64,000 nt of DNA from the human T2T-CHM13v2.0 reference genome, Homo sapiens: assembly GCA_009914755.4 (NCBI GenBank), contig CP068257.2:43584001-43648000 (forward strand), given 5' to 3'. Below the pieces are notes generated by a model that saw only the letters and a list, made by a program, of their open reading frames with translations, had not been told where the DNA came from and did no database searches. The translations under genes were made by a program, and so were the position numbers. Of the stretch, positions 1-14,345 are shown piece by piece; within the stretch, counting starts at the first letter, position 1, and the number at the start of each line of letters is the position of its first letter.

Positions 1-931
1 TCCTTAAGTTGTTTCGTCATGTCATCATGCACAGCTTCCGAAAACGATCACTTGGAATGATTCTTCCTTCAGATTGTTTTAGCTTAGAAGTGTGGCTACG
101 TCCCTGAAACCTTAATGCCATCTCAAAGGCAGCTCTTTTCCTCCCTGCTGCAGGGTAACACCCACTGCCAGGCCACTGTGTGTGGTGGAAACGTCTCTTA
201 CTCTCAGATATTGAAAGTCATTATGCAAAACGCAGGGCCAGTCACCCTGCTGTCCCCTCCTTCTCAGCAACATAAAAATTGCTTGGATTGTGATAACCCT
301 CCAGTGGAGTTTTTAAACCTTTTGAATTAGCTGTGGGGCCCTTTTTTCCCCAGAATAAAACTTTATATAGTAAGTCAGGGTATTACTAGTTTGTGTGTAT
401 TCTTCAGTCAAGTAGATGGCATCTGTTTATTCTGAGACCAGCATTGTGCACTGGCATGGGAGGTATAGCCAGAAGGGACAGTGCCCGGGAGGGTCCTGTT
501 CACCAGGGGCAGCACCCAGGCCAGCTGCCACAAGTCCAAGGTCCACACAGAAGGAGTTACTGGCCGCATGAGGGAAGGCCTCCGAGGTCATCAGGGTGAT
601 GACACACATAACATCCGTGGTGCTTCTTAGAGTTAAAAATGAAACGTGAATCCACTATTGGTGGTTTCCCAGAAGCATGTCTTCAGAACTCGGGGGTCTG
701 TAGCTGCCTGTTTGACCAGCAAGACTGGAACTTGGCAATAACTCAGCCCTTAGGAGACGCCGCACCTTGTTCTGTGTGAAGCCGTTCCCTTGGCAGAAGG
801 CGCCTTCCTCTGGGTTGCTTTCCCCCCAGAAGCCAATGCAGTTCTGAAGGCCATGTTTTGGTATCTTATTAGGTGTTGTTTTCATCTGTTACAGCGTCAA
901 CAGTTGCATTTGTTTTTTTATCCCTTCACAG

Positions 932-1111
932 GTTCCCTCCCACTTACTACGCTCCAAGATTACCAAACCCAACGTGTACCATGAGTCCAAGCTGGCGGCA
1001 AAGGAGTACCAGGCCGCCAAGGCGCGTCTGTTCACAGCCTTCATCAAGGCGGGGCTGGGGGCCTGGGTGGAGAAGCCCACCGAGCAGGACCAGTTCTCAC
1101 TCACGCCCTGA
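932..1111 (+). CDS. ADARB1: ADARB1 (ADAR2) terminal coding exon: 59 codons plus [62 protein letters not shown]
   Basis: Translation of 932-1111 matches the ADAR2 C-terminus as I recall it. It is preceded by a T-rich tract (tgttttttttatcccttcacag) with AG at 930-931, the frame is open from the acceptor, and the stop is at 1109-1111. The six-frame ORF 873..1424 overlapping it is a different frame and an artefact. Confidence 0.85.
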   Translation, partial: VPSHLLRSKITKPNVYHESKLAAKEYQAAKARLFTAFIKAGLGAWVEKPTEQDQFSLTP

Positions 1112-4100
1112 CCCGGGCAGACATGATGGGGGGTGCAGGGGGCTGTGGGCATCCAGCGTCATCCTCCAGAACCTCACATCTGAACTGGGGGCAGGTGCAT
1201 ACCTTGGGGAGGGAGTAGGGGGACACGGGGGACCACCAGGTGTCCACGGTTGTCCCCAGCATCTCACATCAGACCTGGGGCAGGTGCGCAGTGTGGGGAG
1301 GGGATGGGGTGCGTCAGGGCCCAGCATCGCCGCCTGGCATCTCTCTGCCGCAGCATTTCCCCTTCTGAACCGTCCAGTGACTGCTTTCAATCTCGGTTTA
1401 CGTTTAGAAATTGAGTTCTACTGAGTAGGGCTTCCTTAAGTTTAGGAAAATAGAAATTACTTTGTGTGAAATTCTTGAATAAATAATTTATTCAGAGCTA
1501 GGAATGTGGTTTATAAAATAGGAAGTAATTGTGTCAGGTCACTTTTATGCCACATTATTTTAATTGCAAAAAAGCATCTATATATGGAGGAGGGTGGGAA
1601 AATAGAGGTAGGAAATAGTAGCCTAAAGGAAATCGCCACACGTCTGTCTAAACTTAGGTCTCTTTTCTCCGTAGGTACCTCCCTGGGTAGTTCCACACAC
1701 TAGGTTGTAACAGTCTCTCCCTGAGGAGCAGACTCCCAGCATGGTGTAGCGTGGCCCTGTCACGCACATGGGGTCCCGCAGCAGTGACTGTGTGTCCTGC
1801 AGAGGCGTGACCCAGGCCCCTGTAGCCCTCAGCCTCCTCTAGAAGCTTCTGTACTCCTTGTAGGATCAGATCATGGAAAACTTTTCTCAGTTTACTTCTA
1901 AGTAATCACAGATAATACATGGCCAGTAATCCCAGGCTGGCCATTCATTCAGGTTTTTTAAAGGATATTTAACTTTTATGGACTAGAAGGAATCACGAGG
2001 GCTACTGCACAATACATGGCCTAAGTTCCCTCTGTTCCTTCCTCTGAATCGAATGGATGTGGGTGACCGCCCGAAGGCCTTCACAGGATGGAAGTAGAAT
2101 GATTTCAGTAGATACTCATTCTTGGAAAATGCCATAGTTTTAAATTATTGTTTCCAGCTTTATCAAAGACATGTTTGAAAAATAAAAAGCATCCAAGTGA
2201 GAGCTGGTGAGACCACGTGCTGCTGGCGTAGTGTAGGCCAGACATTGACAGTCCTGACGGGAGCTCAGGGCTGCCCAGCGCCCAGCGTGCACGGGACGGC
2301 CCCACGACAGAGGGAGTCAGCCCGGGAGGTCAGGAGCGCGGCGGGCGAGGGCCCTGTGTGGACCACCTCCACCAAGCTCAGAGATTTGCACCAGGTGCCT
2401 TGTTGCCTCCGCTCAGGATGAAAGAGGAGCTGAGAGAAGTGCTCTGCCTGCCAGTGCAGTGCCCAGCTCCAAGGCTCTAGAGGGTGTTCAGGTGGGTCTC
2501 CTGGGGCCATGGGGAGAGATTGGTGCAGACCTTACCCCACAGCATACACCTGCCACAGCGAAATCCAGGGTGTTGGCACCTGTGTGTCCGTGATGAGCCT
2601 AGGAAACCAGAGCAGGGGCAGAGGGGCGTCATCCTCCCACCGGACGCTGGGAGCTCAGACCCCAAAACTGAAACACCGTGGCTTCGGCGGGGGGTGTGCC
2701 TCCTGATGTCAGGAGCCCCATCCACGTGTGTCCACACAGATCTCGTCGCAGCACGGCAGGAAGGGGTGCTGCTTAGGGCTCATTGTTGGGGACATGACCG
2801 GGTTCAGCGGCTAGAACATCTGCCCCACAGCAGCCTCCTCCTCCACCGAAGAGGGTAGTTGTCTCCCTGAAGCAGTCACAGCAGGCGTCTCTGCCGCTCC
2901 GTCACCACAGTGGGGTTTTGTTCAGGCAGATCGCGCTGGGGTTCTGCACCTGCAGAAGGAGAGGGGTCTGTTGTCGCTGGCTTTCCCCCAAGCAGGCTCT
3001 TGCACACTCTAGAAAAAACACCTTGTAAGTCTGTGCATTTTTATTGTCTTGATAAATTGTATTTTTTTCTAATGGGGATTGGGAGATGGACTTCGTTTTT
3101 AAAAATATGTGGATTTTGGTTACCAAGTTTAGTGTTAATATATTCCATATACATACAAAACTACCCGGTATGTCTGGCTTTTCCCTTCTGTCAGGTAATA
3201 GCTAAAGTCAGCATGATTGCTCCCTGTACCACCCCAAATAAGTGAGTGCCTCACCTTGTGGGGCCTGAGCAGCTACCTTGAGACCATGTGAGGTGGCACC
3301 TTTCCGGGGTGGACTCGTGCGGCCTTGAGGACAGGCACAGGGCACCCTATCCCAAGCCGTCCAGGCAGGAGGAAGGCAGCCAAGGCAACTGGGTTCTGGG
3401 AGCCCTGGGTGGGGCAGCTGTGGGGAGGAACTGGGTTCGGGGAGCCCTGGGCAGGGCGGCTGTGGGGAGGAACTGGGTTCGGGGAGCCCTGTCCGGCGGG
3501 GGGCTGTGGGGCGGGGAGCTGGGTTCGGGGAGCCCTGGGCGGGGTGGCTGTTGGGGGGAACTGGGTTCGGGGAGCCCTGGGCGGGGTGGCTTTTGGGGGG
3601 AACTGGGTTCGGGGAGCCCTGGGCGGGGTGGCTGTTGGGGGGAGCTGGGTTCGGGGAGCCCTGGGCGGGGTGGCTGTTGGGGGGAGCTGGGTTCGGGGAG
3701 CCCTGGGCGGGGCGGCTGTTGGGGGGAACTGGGTTCGGGGAGCCCTGGGTGGGGCGGCTGTGGGGAGGAACTGGTTTCGGGGAGCCCTGGGCGGGGGGGT
3801 GTAGGGGGGCGGCTGTGGGGGGGAACTGGTTTCGGGGAGCTCTGGGCGGGGCGGTTGTTGGGGGGAACTGGGTTCCGGGAGCCCTGGGCGGGGTGGCTTT
3901 TGGGGGGAACTGGGTTCGGGGAGCCCTGGGCGGGGTGGCTTTTGGGGGGAACTGGGTTCGGGGAGCCCTGGGCGGGGTGGCTTTTGGGGGGAACTGGGTT
4001 CGGGGAGCCCTGGGCGGGGCGGCTGTTGGGGGGAGCTGGGTTCGGGGAGCCCTGGGTGGGGCGGCTGTGGGGGAGAGCTGGTTTCGGGGAGCCCTGGGCG

Positions 4101-6590
4101 GGGCGGCTGTGGGGAGGAACTGGGTTCGGGGAGCCCTGGGCGGGGTGGCTGTTGGGGGGAGCTGGGTTCGGGGAGCCCTGGGCGGGGTGGCTGTTGGGGG
4201 GAGCTGGGTTCGGGGAGCCCTGGGCGGGGTGGCTGTTGGGGGGAGCTGGGTTCGGGGAGCCCTGGGCGGGGTGGCTGTTGGGGGGAGCTGGGTTCGGGGA
4301 GCCCTGGGCGGGGTGGCTGTTGGGGGGAGCTGGGTTCGGGGAGCCCTGGGCGGGGTGGCTGTTGGGGGGAGCTGGGTTCGGGGAGCCCTGGGCGGGGTGG
4401 CTGTTGGGGGGAGCTGGGTTCGGGGAGCCCTGGGCGGGGTGGCTGTTGGGGGGAGCTGGGTTCGGGGAGCCCTGGGCGGGGTGGCTGTTGGGGGGAGCTG
4501 GGTTCGGGGAGCCCTGGGCAGGGGGGTGTAGGGGGGCGGCTGTGGGGGGGAACTGGGTTCGGGGAGCCCTGGGCGGGGCGGCTGTTGGGGGGAACTGGGT
4601 TCGGGGTGCCCTGGGCAGGGGGCTACTGGGGGGCGGCTGTGAGGAGGAGTTGGGTTCAGGGAGCCCTGGGCGGGGTGGCTGTCGGGGGGAACTGGGTTCC
4701 GGGAGCCCTGGGCCGGGGCGGGGGGCGGCTGTAGGAAGGAACTGGTTTCGGGGAGCCCTGGGCGGGGCGGCTGTGGGGAGGAAGGTGACGTGCAGGGGAC
4801 CAGAGGCTCTGCACTGCTCCTAGGACAGCTCATCTGTAATCAGAAAAAAAATAAATAAAATACAGAACGCTGACTCCTCCGTGAGACAGATCGGGGACCT
4901 TAGCACTTTAATCCCTCCCTTCTGAGCGCTCGGTGTGCACTTTTAGACTATAGCTGTTTCATTGACGTGTCACTCTCCATCCAGTGTCCTTGATGTGGCT
5001 TTTAGAGACTTAGCAGAAAATTCGACACAAGCAGGAACTTGATTTTTTAAGAAAAAATATTACATTTTGAGGACATTTTGACAAGTAGGGGAAGAGAGGG
5101 CTTCTGTTGTTTTGTTTTGTTTTGTTAACTAAACCTGAAGTATTAATTCCACAAAGACACTGTCCCTCAGGACCACTCAGGTACAGCTCTGCCAGGGACA
5201 GAGTCCTGCTAGTGGGAGGTCTCAGGTGGGGCGGTGTGTTCTGTGCCATGAGGCAGCGACAGGTCCAGATGGATGTCGTCACCACCTTCCTCAGCTCTCA
5301 TCACCTGGTCGTACGCCAGGCCCACCTCTTCCCAGCAAGGGACGCCAAAGAACTGCAGTTTTTATTCTGAGTCTTAATTTAACTTTTCATCATCTTTTCC
5401 TATTTTGGAGAATTTTTTGTAATTAAAAGCAATTATTTTAAAATGTGCAAGCCAGTATCTCACAAGGCATGGATTTCTGTGGAATTTATTTTTATTCAAA
5501 TAACCATATTTATCTCCAGGCTGTGGAATCGCCACTTTCTTTGTGAAGACAGTGTCTCTCCTTGTAATCTCACACAGGTACACTGAGGAGGGGACGGCTC
5601 CGTCTTCACATTGTGCACAGATCTGAGGATGGGATTAGCGAAGCTGTGGAGACTGCACATCCGGACCTGCCCATGTCTCAAAACAAACACATGTACAGTG
5701 GCTCTTTTTCCTTCTCAAACACTTTACCCCAGAAGCAGGTGGTCTGCCCCAGGCATAAAGAAGGAAAATTGGCCATCTTTCCCACCTCTAAATTCTGTAA
5801 AATTATAGACTTGCTCAAAAGATTCCTTTTGATCATCCCCACGCTGTGTAAGTGGAAAGGGCATTGTGTTCCGTGTGTGTCCAGTTTACAGCGTCTCTGC
5901 CCCCTAGCGTGTTTTGTGACAATCTCCCTGGGTGAGGAGTGGGTGCACCCAGCCCCGAGGCCAGTGGTTGCTCGGGGCCTTCCGTGTGAGTTCTAGTGTT
6001 CACTTGATGCCGGGGAATAGAATTAGAGAAAACTCTGACCTGCCGGGTTCCAGGGACTGGTGGAGGTGGATGGCAGGTCCGACTCGACCATGACTTAGTT
6101 GTAAGGGTGTGTCGGCTTTTCCAGTCTCATGTGAAAATCCTCCTGTCTCTGGCAGCACTGTCTGCACTTTCTTGTTTACTGTTTGAAGGGACGAGTACCA
6201 AGCCACAAGAACACTTCTTTTGGCCACAGCATAAGCTGATGGTATGTAAGGAACCGATGGGCCATTAAACATGAACTGAACGGTTAAAAGCACAGTCTAT
6301 GGAACGCTAATGGAGTCAGCCCCTAAAGCTGTTTGCTTTTTCAGGCTTTGGATTACATGCTTTTAATTTGATTTTAGAATCTGGACACTTTCTATGAATG
6401 TAATTCGGCTGAGAAACATGTTGCTGAGATGCAATCCTCAGTGTTCTCTGTATGTAAATCTGTGTATACACCACACGTTACAACTGCATGAGCTTCCTCT
6501 CGCACAAGACCAGCTGGAACTGAGCATGAGACGCTGTCAAATACAGACAAAGGATTTGAGATGTTCTCAATAAAAAGAAAATGTTTCACT
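1112..6590 (+). other. ADARB1: Probable ADARB1 3' UTR; extent uncertain. Candidate poly(A) signals: AATAAA around 1474, 4848-4857 and 6568-6573.
   Basis: Continuous with the terminal coding exon. ADARB1 is known to have a multi-kb 3' UTR. AATAAA hexamers were seen at the listed positions, but I cannot tell which is used without transcript data. Confidence 0.3.
3375..4790. repeat. 42-bp G-rich minisatellite, about 34 copies. Consensus tggctgttggggggagctgggttcggggagccctgggcgggg. About 9 perfectly identical copies at 4128-4519.
   Basis: Direct reading: period 42 throughout. Variant units occupy the first part; the homogeneous block is 4128-4519. Both strands are stop-free, which produces the 541-aa and 511-aa ORFs in the track (artefacts). 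Confidence 0.95.
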
Positions 6591-8816
6591 ACTCTGGTGT
6601 TGCTGAGACTTTCTTTTCCTTTCAAATTATTTCTGCCCTTGGCTCCACTAGCAGGCCTGGGGATGGACACCCACATGCATAACCTGAAAAGGTGGCTGAG
6701 TCCCGCCCAAGAGCTGCAGCTCTGCCTCCACGTGGTCTTGTCACCTGCTGTGCTTGCACCAGTGCTACTGGAATTTCCCCACCTTGGGACAGTCTCCCCT
6801 CAGTCCCCACCCCTGTTAGATTCTTGACTTCACTGTCTTCCTGGAGAGCGTGTTGGCGCCTCTCCTATATATAAGGTGGTGTAGAGGAAAAGTAGGCAGC
6901 TGCCCCACTCCCATCCTGCATATAAAATGGATGTTGACACATGCCCGTGTGACTCGTTACCCTCACGTTACTTGTGGCTAGAACACAGGAAGAACCTACA
7001 CACTCAATAAGAGGCAAGGGTGACACGGGTGCTGGGGTGCAGTGAAAAAAACCAGGTGCTAAGTGCCACCATAGAACTATGTTATTTCTAATTACAACAC
7101 TGGAAGGACAGTCACAATAAGTGGAAAGTTGGCAGCAAAGCGGCATTTCCGTGTCGTGGCTGTAACAGTGTATATATGCTTCACGTACTGTACGAGCACA
7201 GGTGGGCCAGGCTGTCTAAGGAGGGAGTCTGGCCGTGGTCTGTGGACATGGGATTTGAGATGGTTTTGATTTTGTGTTCTTATGTGAAAAGCATATCCGT
7301 TTGTCTGATGTTTCTACAATTAAATGAAAAACAAATATAGGAAAATATTTTGAAAAGTCAAAAGCATCATACAAGTAATAAAAAAAGCACTATTACAGAC
7401 AGGTAACTTGATTTTCTCATTTGCATCAATTTTGAAACTATTTCATTTCCCACAATAAAAACGTTAAAATATGTTGCAGCAAAAACAAGCTTCAGAGAAA
7501 AGAATGAAGGGAACCCTCTCCCTGATGAGTGAATCCTTTGAACAGTGATTCTTCGGGAGCTGCCTCGGGGGCCACACCAGATGGAATACTCGGACTCACT
7601 ATTCTGTCATGGAACTGGGGAAATGTCCGAATTTGACCACGTAAGATGAAAGTTTTGCTTTTTACGAGATACTGTATAGTGAATCTCGTAGAGCCTGGCT
7701 GTAAATGTTGAGGTTCTCGAGCTTTTATTCAGTACATGCGTAATGAAGGCCGACCCGGAAGGCACTATTTCAGGTGCTTGGAACAGGTCGGTGAACACAA
7801 CACAGACTCCCCCCCAAATAGCTGCTGCTCTGCAGGAAAGCAAATAACACACCAGACGCCAGTGTCAGGGAATGGTGCCTGGGAAGAAAGAAAAAGCAGG
7901 TGAGGATAGTGCAGTGGGGCGGGCTGCAATGGTAAGTACTGGGATCAGAGTAGCCTCACAGAGAAGGCTTGCAAGGCAGATGGTCAGCCAGAGGGGGCCT
8001 GGCGAGCCCGGGGCACTGGACCAGGCATCAGCGTGCCACTGCTGGAGGCTGCAGTGCCAGGAACCTGGCCCACCAGTAGGTGAACGCAGCTGTTATTTAA
8101 CGTCACATTTGATAAACTCAGAATGATATTAAAAACAAAGGTAAACACTCGAAACTCGTCACTTCCTACTTTTTGCTGCATTTTACTGCAATCTGTGTTC
8201 TTACTGTGTGCATACTCTGCAATGGTGGGCACGCCCCTCCTAGGCTGCGTTTGGGAACTCACATCAGTAGCTTGGAATCAGTTGTGGTGGGAGGTTTCAC
8301 ACCACTGGTACCCACAGACACGGTGACTCAAGGCTTGACTCACTGTTGTGATTGTCTCTAGACCTAGCAAGGGATGGAGGAAGATGCAGATCAAACTGCA
8401 AATGTAGCTGTTACATTGTGAATGGCACAGAAAATTGAAGAAACTGTCTCACAGCCTCTGGAAACTGTTATCTACTTAAGCAAAGAAGTCACTCAGTCAC
8501 TGAACAAGTGAAGCTCTGGCATTCGTCCTGCTGCTTCGCCTTCATCTGACTCATCGGTGAAAACATCCCCAGCATTCTTGTCAGAACCACACTCATTCAT
8601 CAGCTGCAACCCTGTGTTGGCTTCAGATGTAGGGCTCAGCAAGACTCAATGAAAGCATTCCATAAAAACTGGCTCTGTGGGATTTACAACAGTACTGTCT
8701 ATTTTATTCATGTTTTTAAGTTGCATGCTGCTCCTTTTATATCTGTAACATGTACAGTACGCTTATGTACACATATGTGTGCCCACACTGGAGCAGGGTA
8801 GCCTGTTTAGCATTTA

Positions 8817-8911
8817 CTAGCACACCACTGGGTCCCAGATGTCCTTGGGAACAGATCAAGGCAGTGCAAAGGCCCTGTGCTGGTGAGGGGCTGAAAGTTG
8901 GTGGGAACTAA
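8817..8911. repeat. Left arm of a perfect 95-bp inverted repeat (partner 9505-9599)
   Basis: The reverse complement of 9505-9599 is identical base-for-base to 8817-8911 (checked manually). Identity stops at 8912 and 9504. Confidence 0.9.
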
Positions 8912-9504
8912 TCAGCCTCTGGCAGGTGCCTCCCCCATCCCACCCTCCAGGACTGGTGAGATTGGTCTGTGTGGTACAGCTGCAGGAGAAAAAAGTGTGA
9001 GGCCAGACCTGAGGGATGAGGAGTGAGTGTGGGTTTCTGCTGGCCCACCTCCCGCTATGCCCTCAGGCACTGAGGTCCCACCTTCTGCCTTCTGGCCAAG
9101 CAGCCAATGCCTCCAGGGGAAAATGACCTCATAAGGAGAAATGAGAAATCTGCAGAGCACAACTATCTAAAGCTCAAAATGGTAATACTGAATAGAGATC
9201 CTATTAGAATAGATTCTAGCGTTTTAGAACACAGTCCAGGAAGAGATCAGAAAACAGAACCAAGCAGAATTTGAAAAAGTGAACACAACAGATGAACTAC
9301 ATAGTGGAATGAACTTACCATTGGAAGACCACATGGAAAAGGAGAGGGTAACAAAAAAGAAAATATAGAAATACTAAAATATTTGGCTGATAGAAGTGCT
9401 AACATCTGGCTAATATAATGTTCATGGACTTTGCCACACCCACAGACTGAAGGCATCACAGATGAAAGGATGTGTCTGAGACGGGCTTAAAACAGCAACA
9501 GCAG

Positions 9505-9599
9505 TTAGTTCCCACCAACTTTCAGCCCCTCACCAGCACAGGGCCTTTGCACTGCCTTGATCTGTTCCCAAGGACATCTGGGACCCAGTGGTGTGCTAG
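9505..9599. repeat. Right arm of the perfect 95-bp inverted repeat (partner 8817-8911); abuts the 5' end of an Alu
   Basis: See the left arm. The spacer 8912-9504 is 593 bp and not itself palindromic. Confidence 0.9.
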
Positions 9600-10333
<734 letters not shown>

Positions 10334-10813
10334 CTAGCATAGACTTTTTAAAATGCCATTTATTTGGTACTCTAAGGACTCGTGGGATTTTTTTTCACAC
10401 AAAAGCAACAACTTTTAGTGCTGTAAAATGTAAATTGTCCAAATTAAAGAAAATAAGAAAAATATCAGGAAGCTTTTAAAATTGCAATCATTTACTTCCT
10501 TAGAGAGTCATTTTAAATGTATTTTTGTGGAAACAAGTACTTTATACATCAGCTGAATCTTATGTTGTTCTCCCTGGTCGATTTTCTTTCCTAGCACTGA
10601 TTAATGACATTTGCATTTGTTTATCTGTCCCACTATGAAATGCAGACATCAGGGGGTGAGAGGCATTGGTTTGTTCATGGCTATTCACTTGGCACAAGCC
10701 TGCTATGTTGCAGATATTAAATAAATATATTCTGTATTAATTTTAAAAGTTCCCAGACATACCATGCGTCAGAGCTTTGCCACCTGGGAAGCAGGTTTGC
10801 ATGAGATGCTTAA

Positions 10814-11188
<375 letters not shown>

Positions 11189-11217
11189 CCTGCGGTGGTT
11201 CTTAAAAAGCTAAAGTC

Positions 11218-11528
11218 AGGCCAGACACGGTGGCTCACGCCTGTCATCCCAGCACTTTGGGAGGCCGAGGTGGGTGGATTGCCTGAGCTCAGGAGTTTGA
11301 GACCAGCCTGGCCAACATGGCGAAACCCTGTCTCTACTAAAAATACAAAACATTAGCCGGGCATGGTGGCATGCACCTGTAATCCCAGCTACTCGGGAGG
11401 TTGAGGCACGAGAATCGCTTGAACCTGGGAGGCGGAGGTTGCACTGTGAGCCGAGATTGCGCCACTGCACTCCAGCCTGGGGGACAGAGTGAGACTCCGT
11501 CTCAAAAAAAAAAAAAAAAAAAAAAAAA
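11218..11528 (+). mobile_element. Alu with an A-tail of about 33 nt
   Basis: ggccagacacggtggctcacgcctgtcatcccagcactttgggaggccgagg...; poly(A) at 11495-11528. Confidence 0.9.
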
Positions 11529-12644
11529 GTGAAAGAAAACAACACACATCTTTAATAACCCAGAATTTAGTCTGGGTAATATCAACGTGATAAGGCCAGG
11601 GCGACATGGAGACCCAAGTATATGAGAGTACGTCTCAGTCTCTGTCCCACTGGGGCACAGATGGGAATCTCCATTATTTTTCTAATGAACAAAGGTCAAA
11701 GATTTTATGTTAATCATTATAAAATCTGTTAATAAGGGAAGTGGTAAGATGTTAAAATTGACTCCGTTGACAAATTGACTAACTCTAATAGATTAAATGA
11801 ATTAGGGCTTTTATCTGCTTGTCCCAGGCAGAAAACAGTAGGGCCAAAACAGAAGTCAATAACCGGTGGATAATTTTGTCTGACCTCATGAATATTGAAT
11901 GCTTCATGAATACTGAATGCCTCATGAATATTGAATGTCTTATGAATACTGAATGCCTTATGAATACTGAATACCTCTCTGATGCTCCCATTTTCTCTCC
12001 ACAGTCTACTGGCTCATGTGTCTCACAGGCTACTGGCCTGTCTGCTCATTTCTCTTATTTTCTATGGATGAGTTGAATACTCTTAGATACTCATAAACAA
12101 TACTGCAGACACACCTTACACTTTGTCAGCTACGGGATTTGTTAGTTTTCCACATTATGTTGATTCTTTCCTTCTAGGACTTAGAGTGAAGACACATTGG
12201 ACCTTTCATGCTATCTACCACTTGGGTCAGTTATGAAGCTTTATCTCTCAGTTCCAAATTCAATATTTACGTTCCGCTTTATAATATTGAGGCTGGGACC
12301 CTGCAAATATGATGTTCCCATTCTCTGCTGGCTTTATATTCTGCCAAAGGTAGTACAAGAGGGACCATGGCAGACAGGATGAGGGAGAAGGTGATTTCCT
12401 GCCATTTGCTTGCTGTTGCTGCTCAGCCGCAGTGCTTCTGCAACTGCAAAGCTGCTATTGGTTCTCATCAGCAGGTTGCTTTGGAGTCTCACTGCCCGCC
12501 TTCACAGGTGCCAGTAGCAGGACAGCAGCACTCCACCTCAGAGGCTGAGGTCCAGCTCTGCACAGCCCCTCCTGAACTTCTGTAATACGTAGCAAAATTA
12601 ATGGGGGAGGGTTTATAAATGACTTTTATACTTGATTTTTTTAA

Positions 12645-12911
12645 TAAGAGATGGGGTCTCTGTCACCCAGGCTGGAGTGGAGTAGCACAACCGTAGTCCA
12701 CTGCAGCCTCAAACTCCTGGGCTCCTCCCACCCCAGCCTCTTGAGTAGCTGGGACTACAGGTGCATGCTACCACACCCAGCTAATTTTTAAATTTTTTGT
12801 AGGAGTCTTGCCATCTTTCTCAGACTAGTTTCGAACTCCTGGGCTCAAGTGATCCTCCTACCTTGGCCTTCCAAACAGCTAGGATTACAGGTGTGAGCCA
12901 CTGCACCTGGC
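12645..12911 (-). mobile_element. Alu (older, J/S-like), antisense
   Basis: gagatggggtctctgtcacccaggctggagtggagtagcac... ctaggattacaggtgtgagccactgcacctggcc. Confidence 0.85.
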
Positions 12912-14261
12912 CTATAGTTGATTCTTATTTAGTGTTTTGCTCCTAAAAGTAATGTTCAATAAACATATACACACAAGTCCTCACTTAGTACATGACCTGA
13001 ACATTTACCCACATGCTTCATTAAAGTGTTACAAATTAAGTAAGAAGAGTGGTATATAGATGTATTTTCTTGTAATGGCATATCATAAAGTGGGTCAATT
13101 AATTATATTAGCTCTACACGTCTTAAATCATAACTTTATTGCTTTTGGTAATTTAATAAGATGTCCTCTATAATTTATTTCTCAGTGGTTTTCTTTTTTT
13201 AATATCCTTGAAAAAGCATGCTAACACTTTTATTTCAATTGAAAAAGTAGGTCAGACTTTTCCTGACGAAAAATGTCTAATTTGGTTCACTGGTTTGACA
13301 AGGAGGATTAGGGTATATGGAGGACATCTGCCATAAATAGAATGAACTACATCTTCAAGGATTCAATGAAAACACATTTAAAATAATAGTATAATAAAAG
13401 CATTTTATCAAAAATATTAAATTGGCCCCAAAAAGCAATGAAATTAACAACATTTTAATGTTCTCAACCCCCTCAAACTATATTAGATTAAATAAGGTGA
13501 CAGAGAATCAGGGATAAACGACAGTCCCTTGATAAACTGAGACAAGGACAGCCTCTTAGTAAATGTTCCAGAAATTGAGACTGACTGGATAACACATCCT
13601 TTGGCAAGTCAAGTAGTTTCTAATCCTTTGCTTTCAAAACACTTGAATGAAAAACCGAGTTGATAGCTGATAAAGCATTAAACTAATTTTTACAGTTTTA
13701 AAATTTCAGATCATCATCGGATTTAGGAACTATTACTCAGAAGAGTTCAGAACACAATTGAGGGCCATTGCTATACTATACCTCCTTATCTACATATTCA
13801 TGCAAACAAAGTTTCCTAACATGGTCTATAAAAATGAAGAGAAAAATATACTTGAGACTGAAGCCTGCCTCACTGGAGCTGAGTCCTCCTGTTCCTTGAG
13901 TGTGGGAACCAATCGGCTGGAAAAACAGCCCCACTCTTCTCATTAACGAGGCAGTTTCAATCAAATGTGTTTATGTGTTAATAGTTATCTATCAGTTTGT
14001 AACATACATATGTTTTCTGAAAAACTGAAGTGATACTACTTGTGAAAATAACTCAGGAGATATTAAAAGCTTTTGATCACAAAATAAATTTTAAATTTTT
14101 GACCCCATTTAAAGCTTTTTGTTGTAGAGAAGTAGGGCGAGGTAAGCACAAAAGACTTCCAGGAGGCAAAGTAGATGGCACTGGGGTCAAATTTTGTGAC
14201 AGAAGCCGAATCACGTCCAGGAACGACCAAAACTTCCAAAGGAGCAAAAGCTAGTCCTTTT

Positions 14262-14345
14262 GCGGGGGCGCAGGCAGAAGCGGCGGCAGAAGCGGCGGCA
14301 GAAGCGGCAGGCGGAAGCGGCAGGCGGAAGCGGCAGGCGGAAGCG
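14262..14345. repeat. Short tandem repeat of GCGGCAGAAGCG and GCGGCAGGCGGAAGCG-type units inside a CpG-rich block (about 14250-14700)
   Basis: gcggcagaagcggcggcagaagcggcggcagaagcggcaggcggaagcggcaggcggaagcggcaggcggaagcggaagg read directly. Confidence 0.85.

Noticed and set aside
873-1424. 183-aa plus-strand ORF overlapping the ADARB1 exon
   Set aside because: It is in a different reading frame from the ADAR2 C-terminal peptide. The correct frame is the one giving ...[12 protein letters not shown]...FSLTP*.
3208-4833. 541-aa minus-strand and 511-aa plus-strand ORFs (proline-rich / Gly-Trp-rich)
   Set aside because: They are generated entirely by the 42-bp (14-codon) stop-free minisatellite. 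The perfectly periodic amino-acid repeats, open frames on both strands and lack of flanking exon signals show they are artefacts, not genes.
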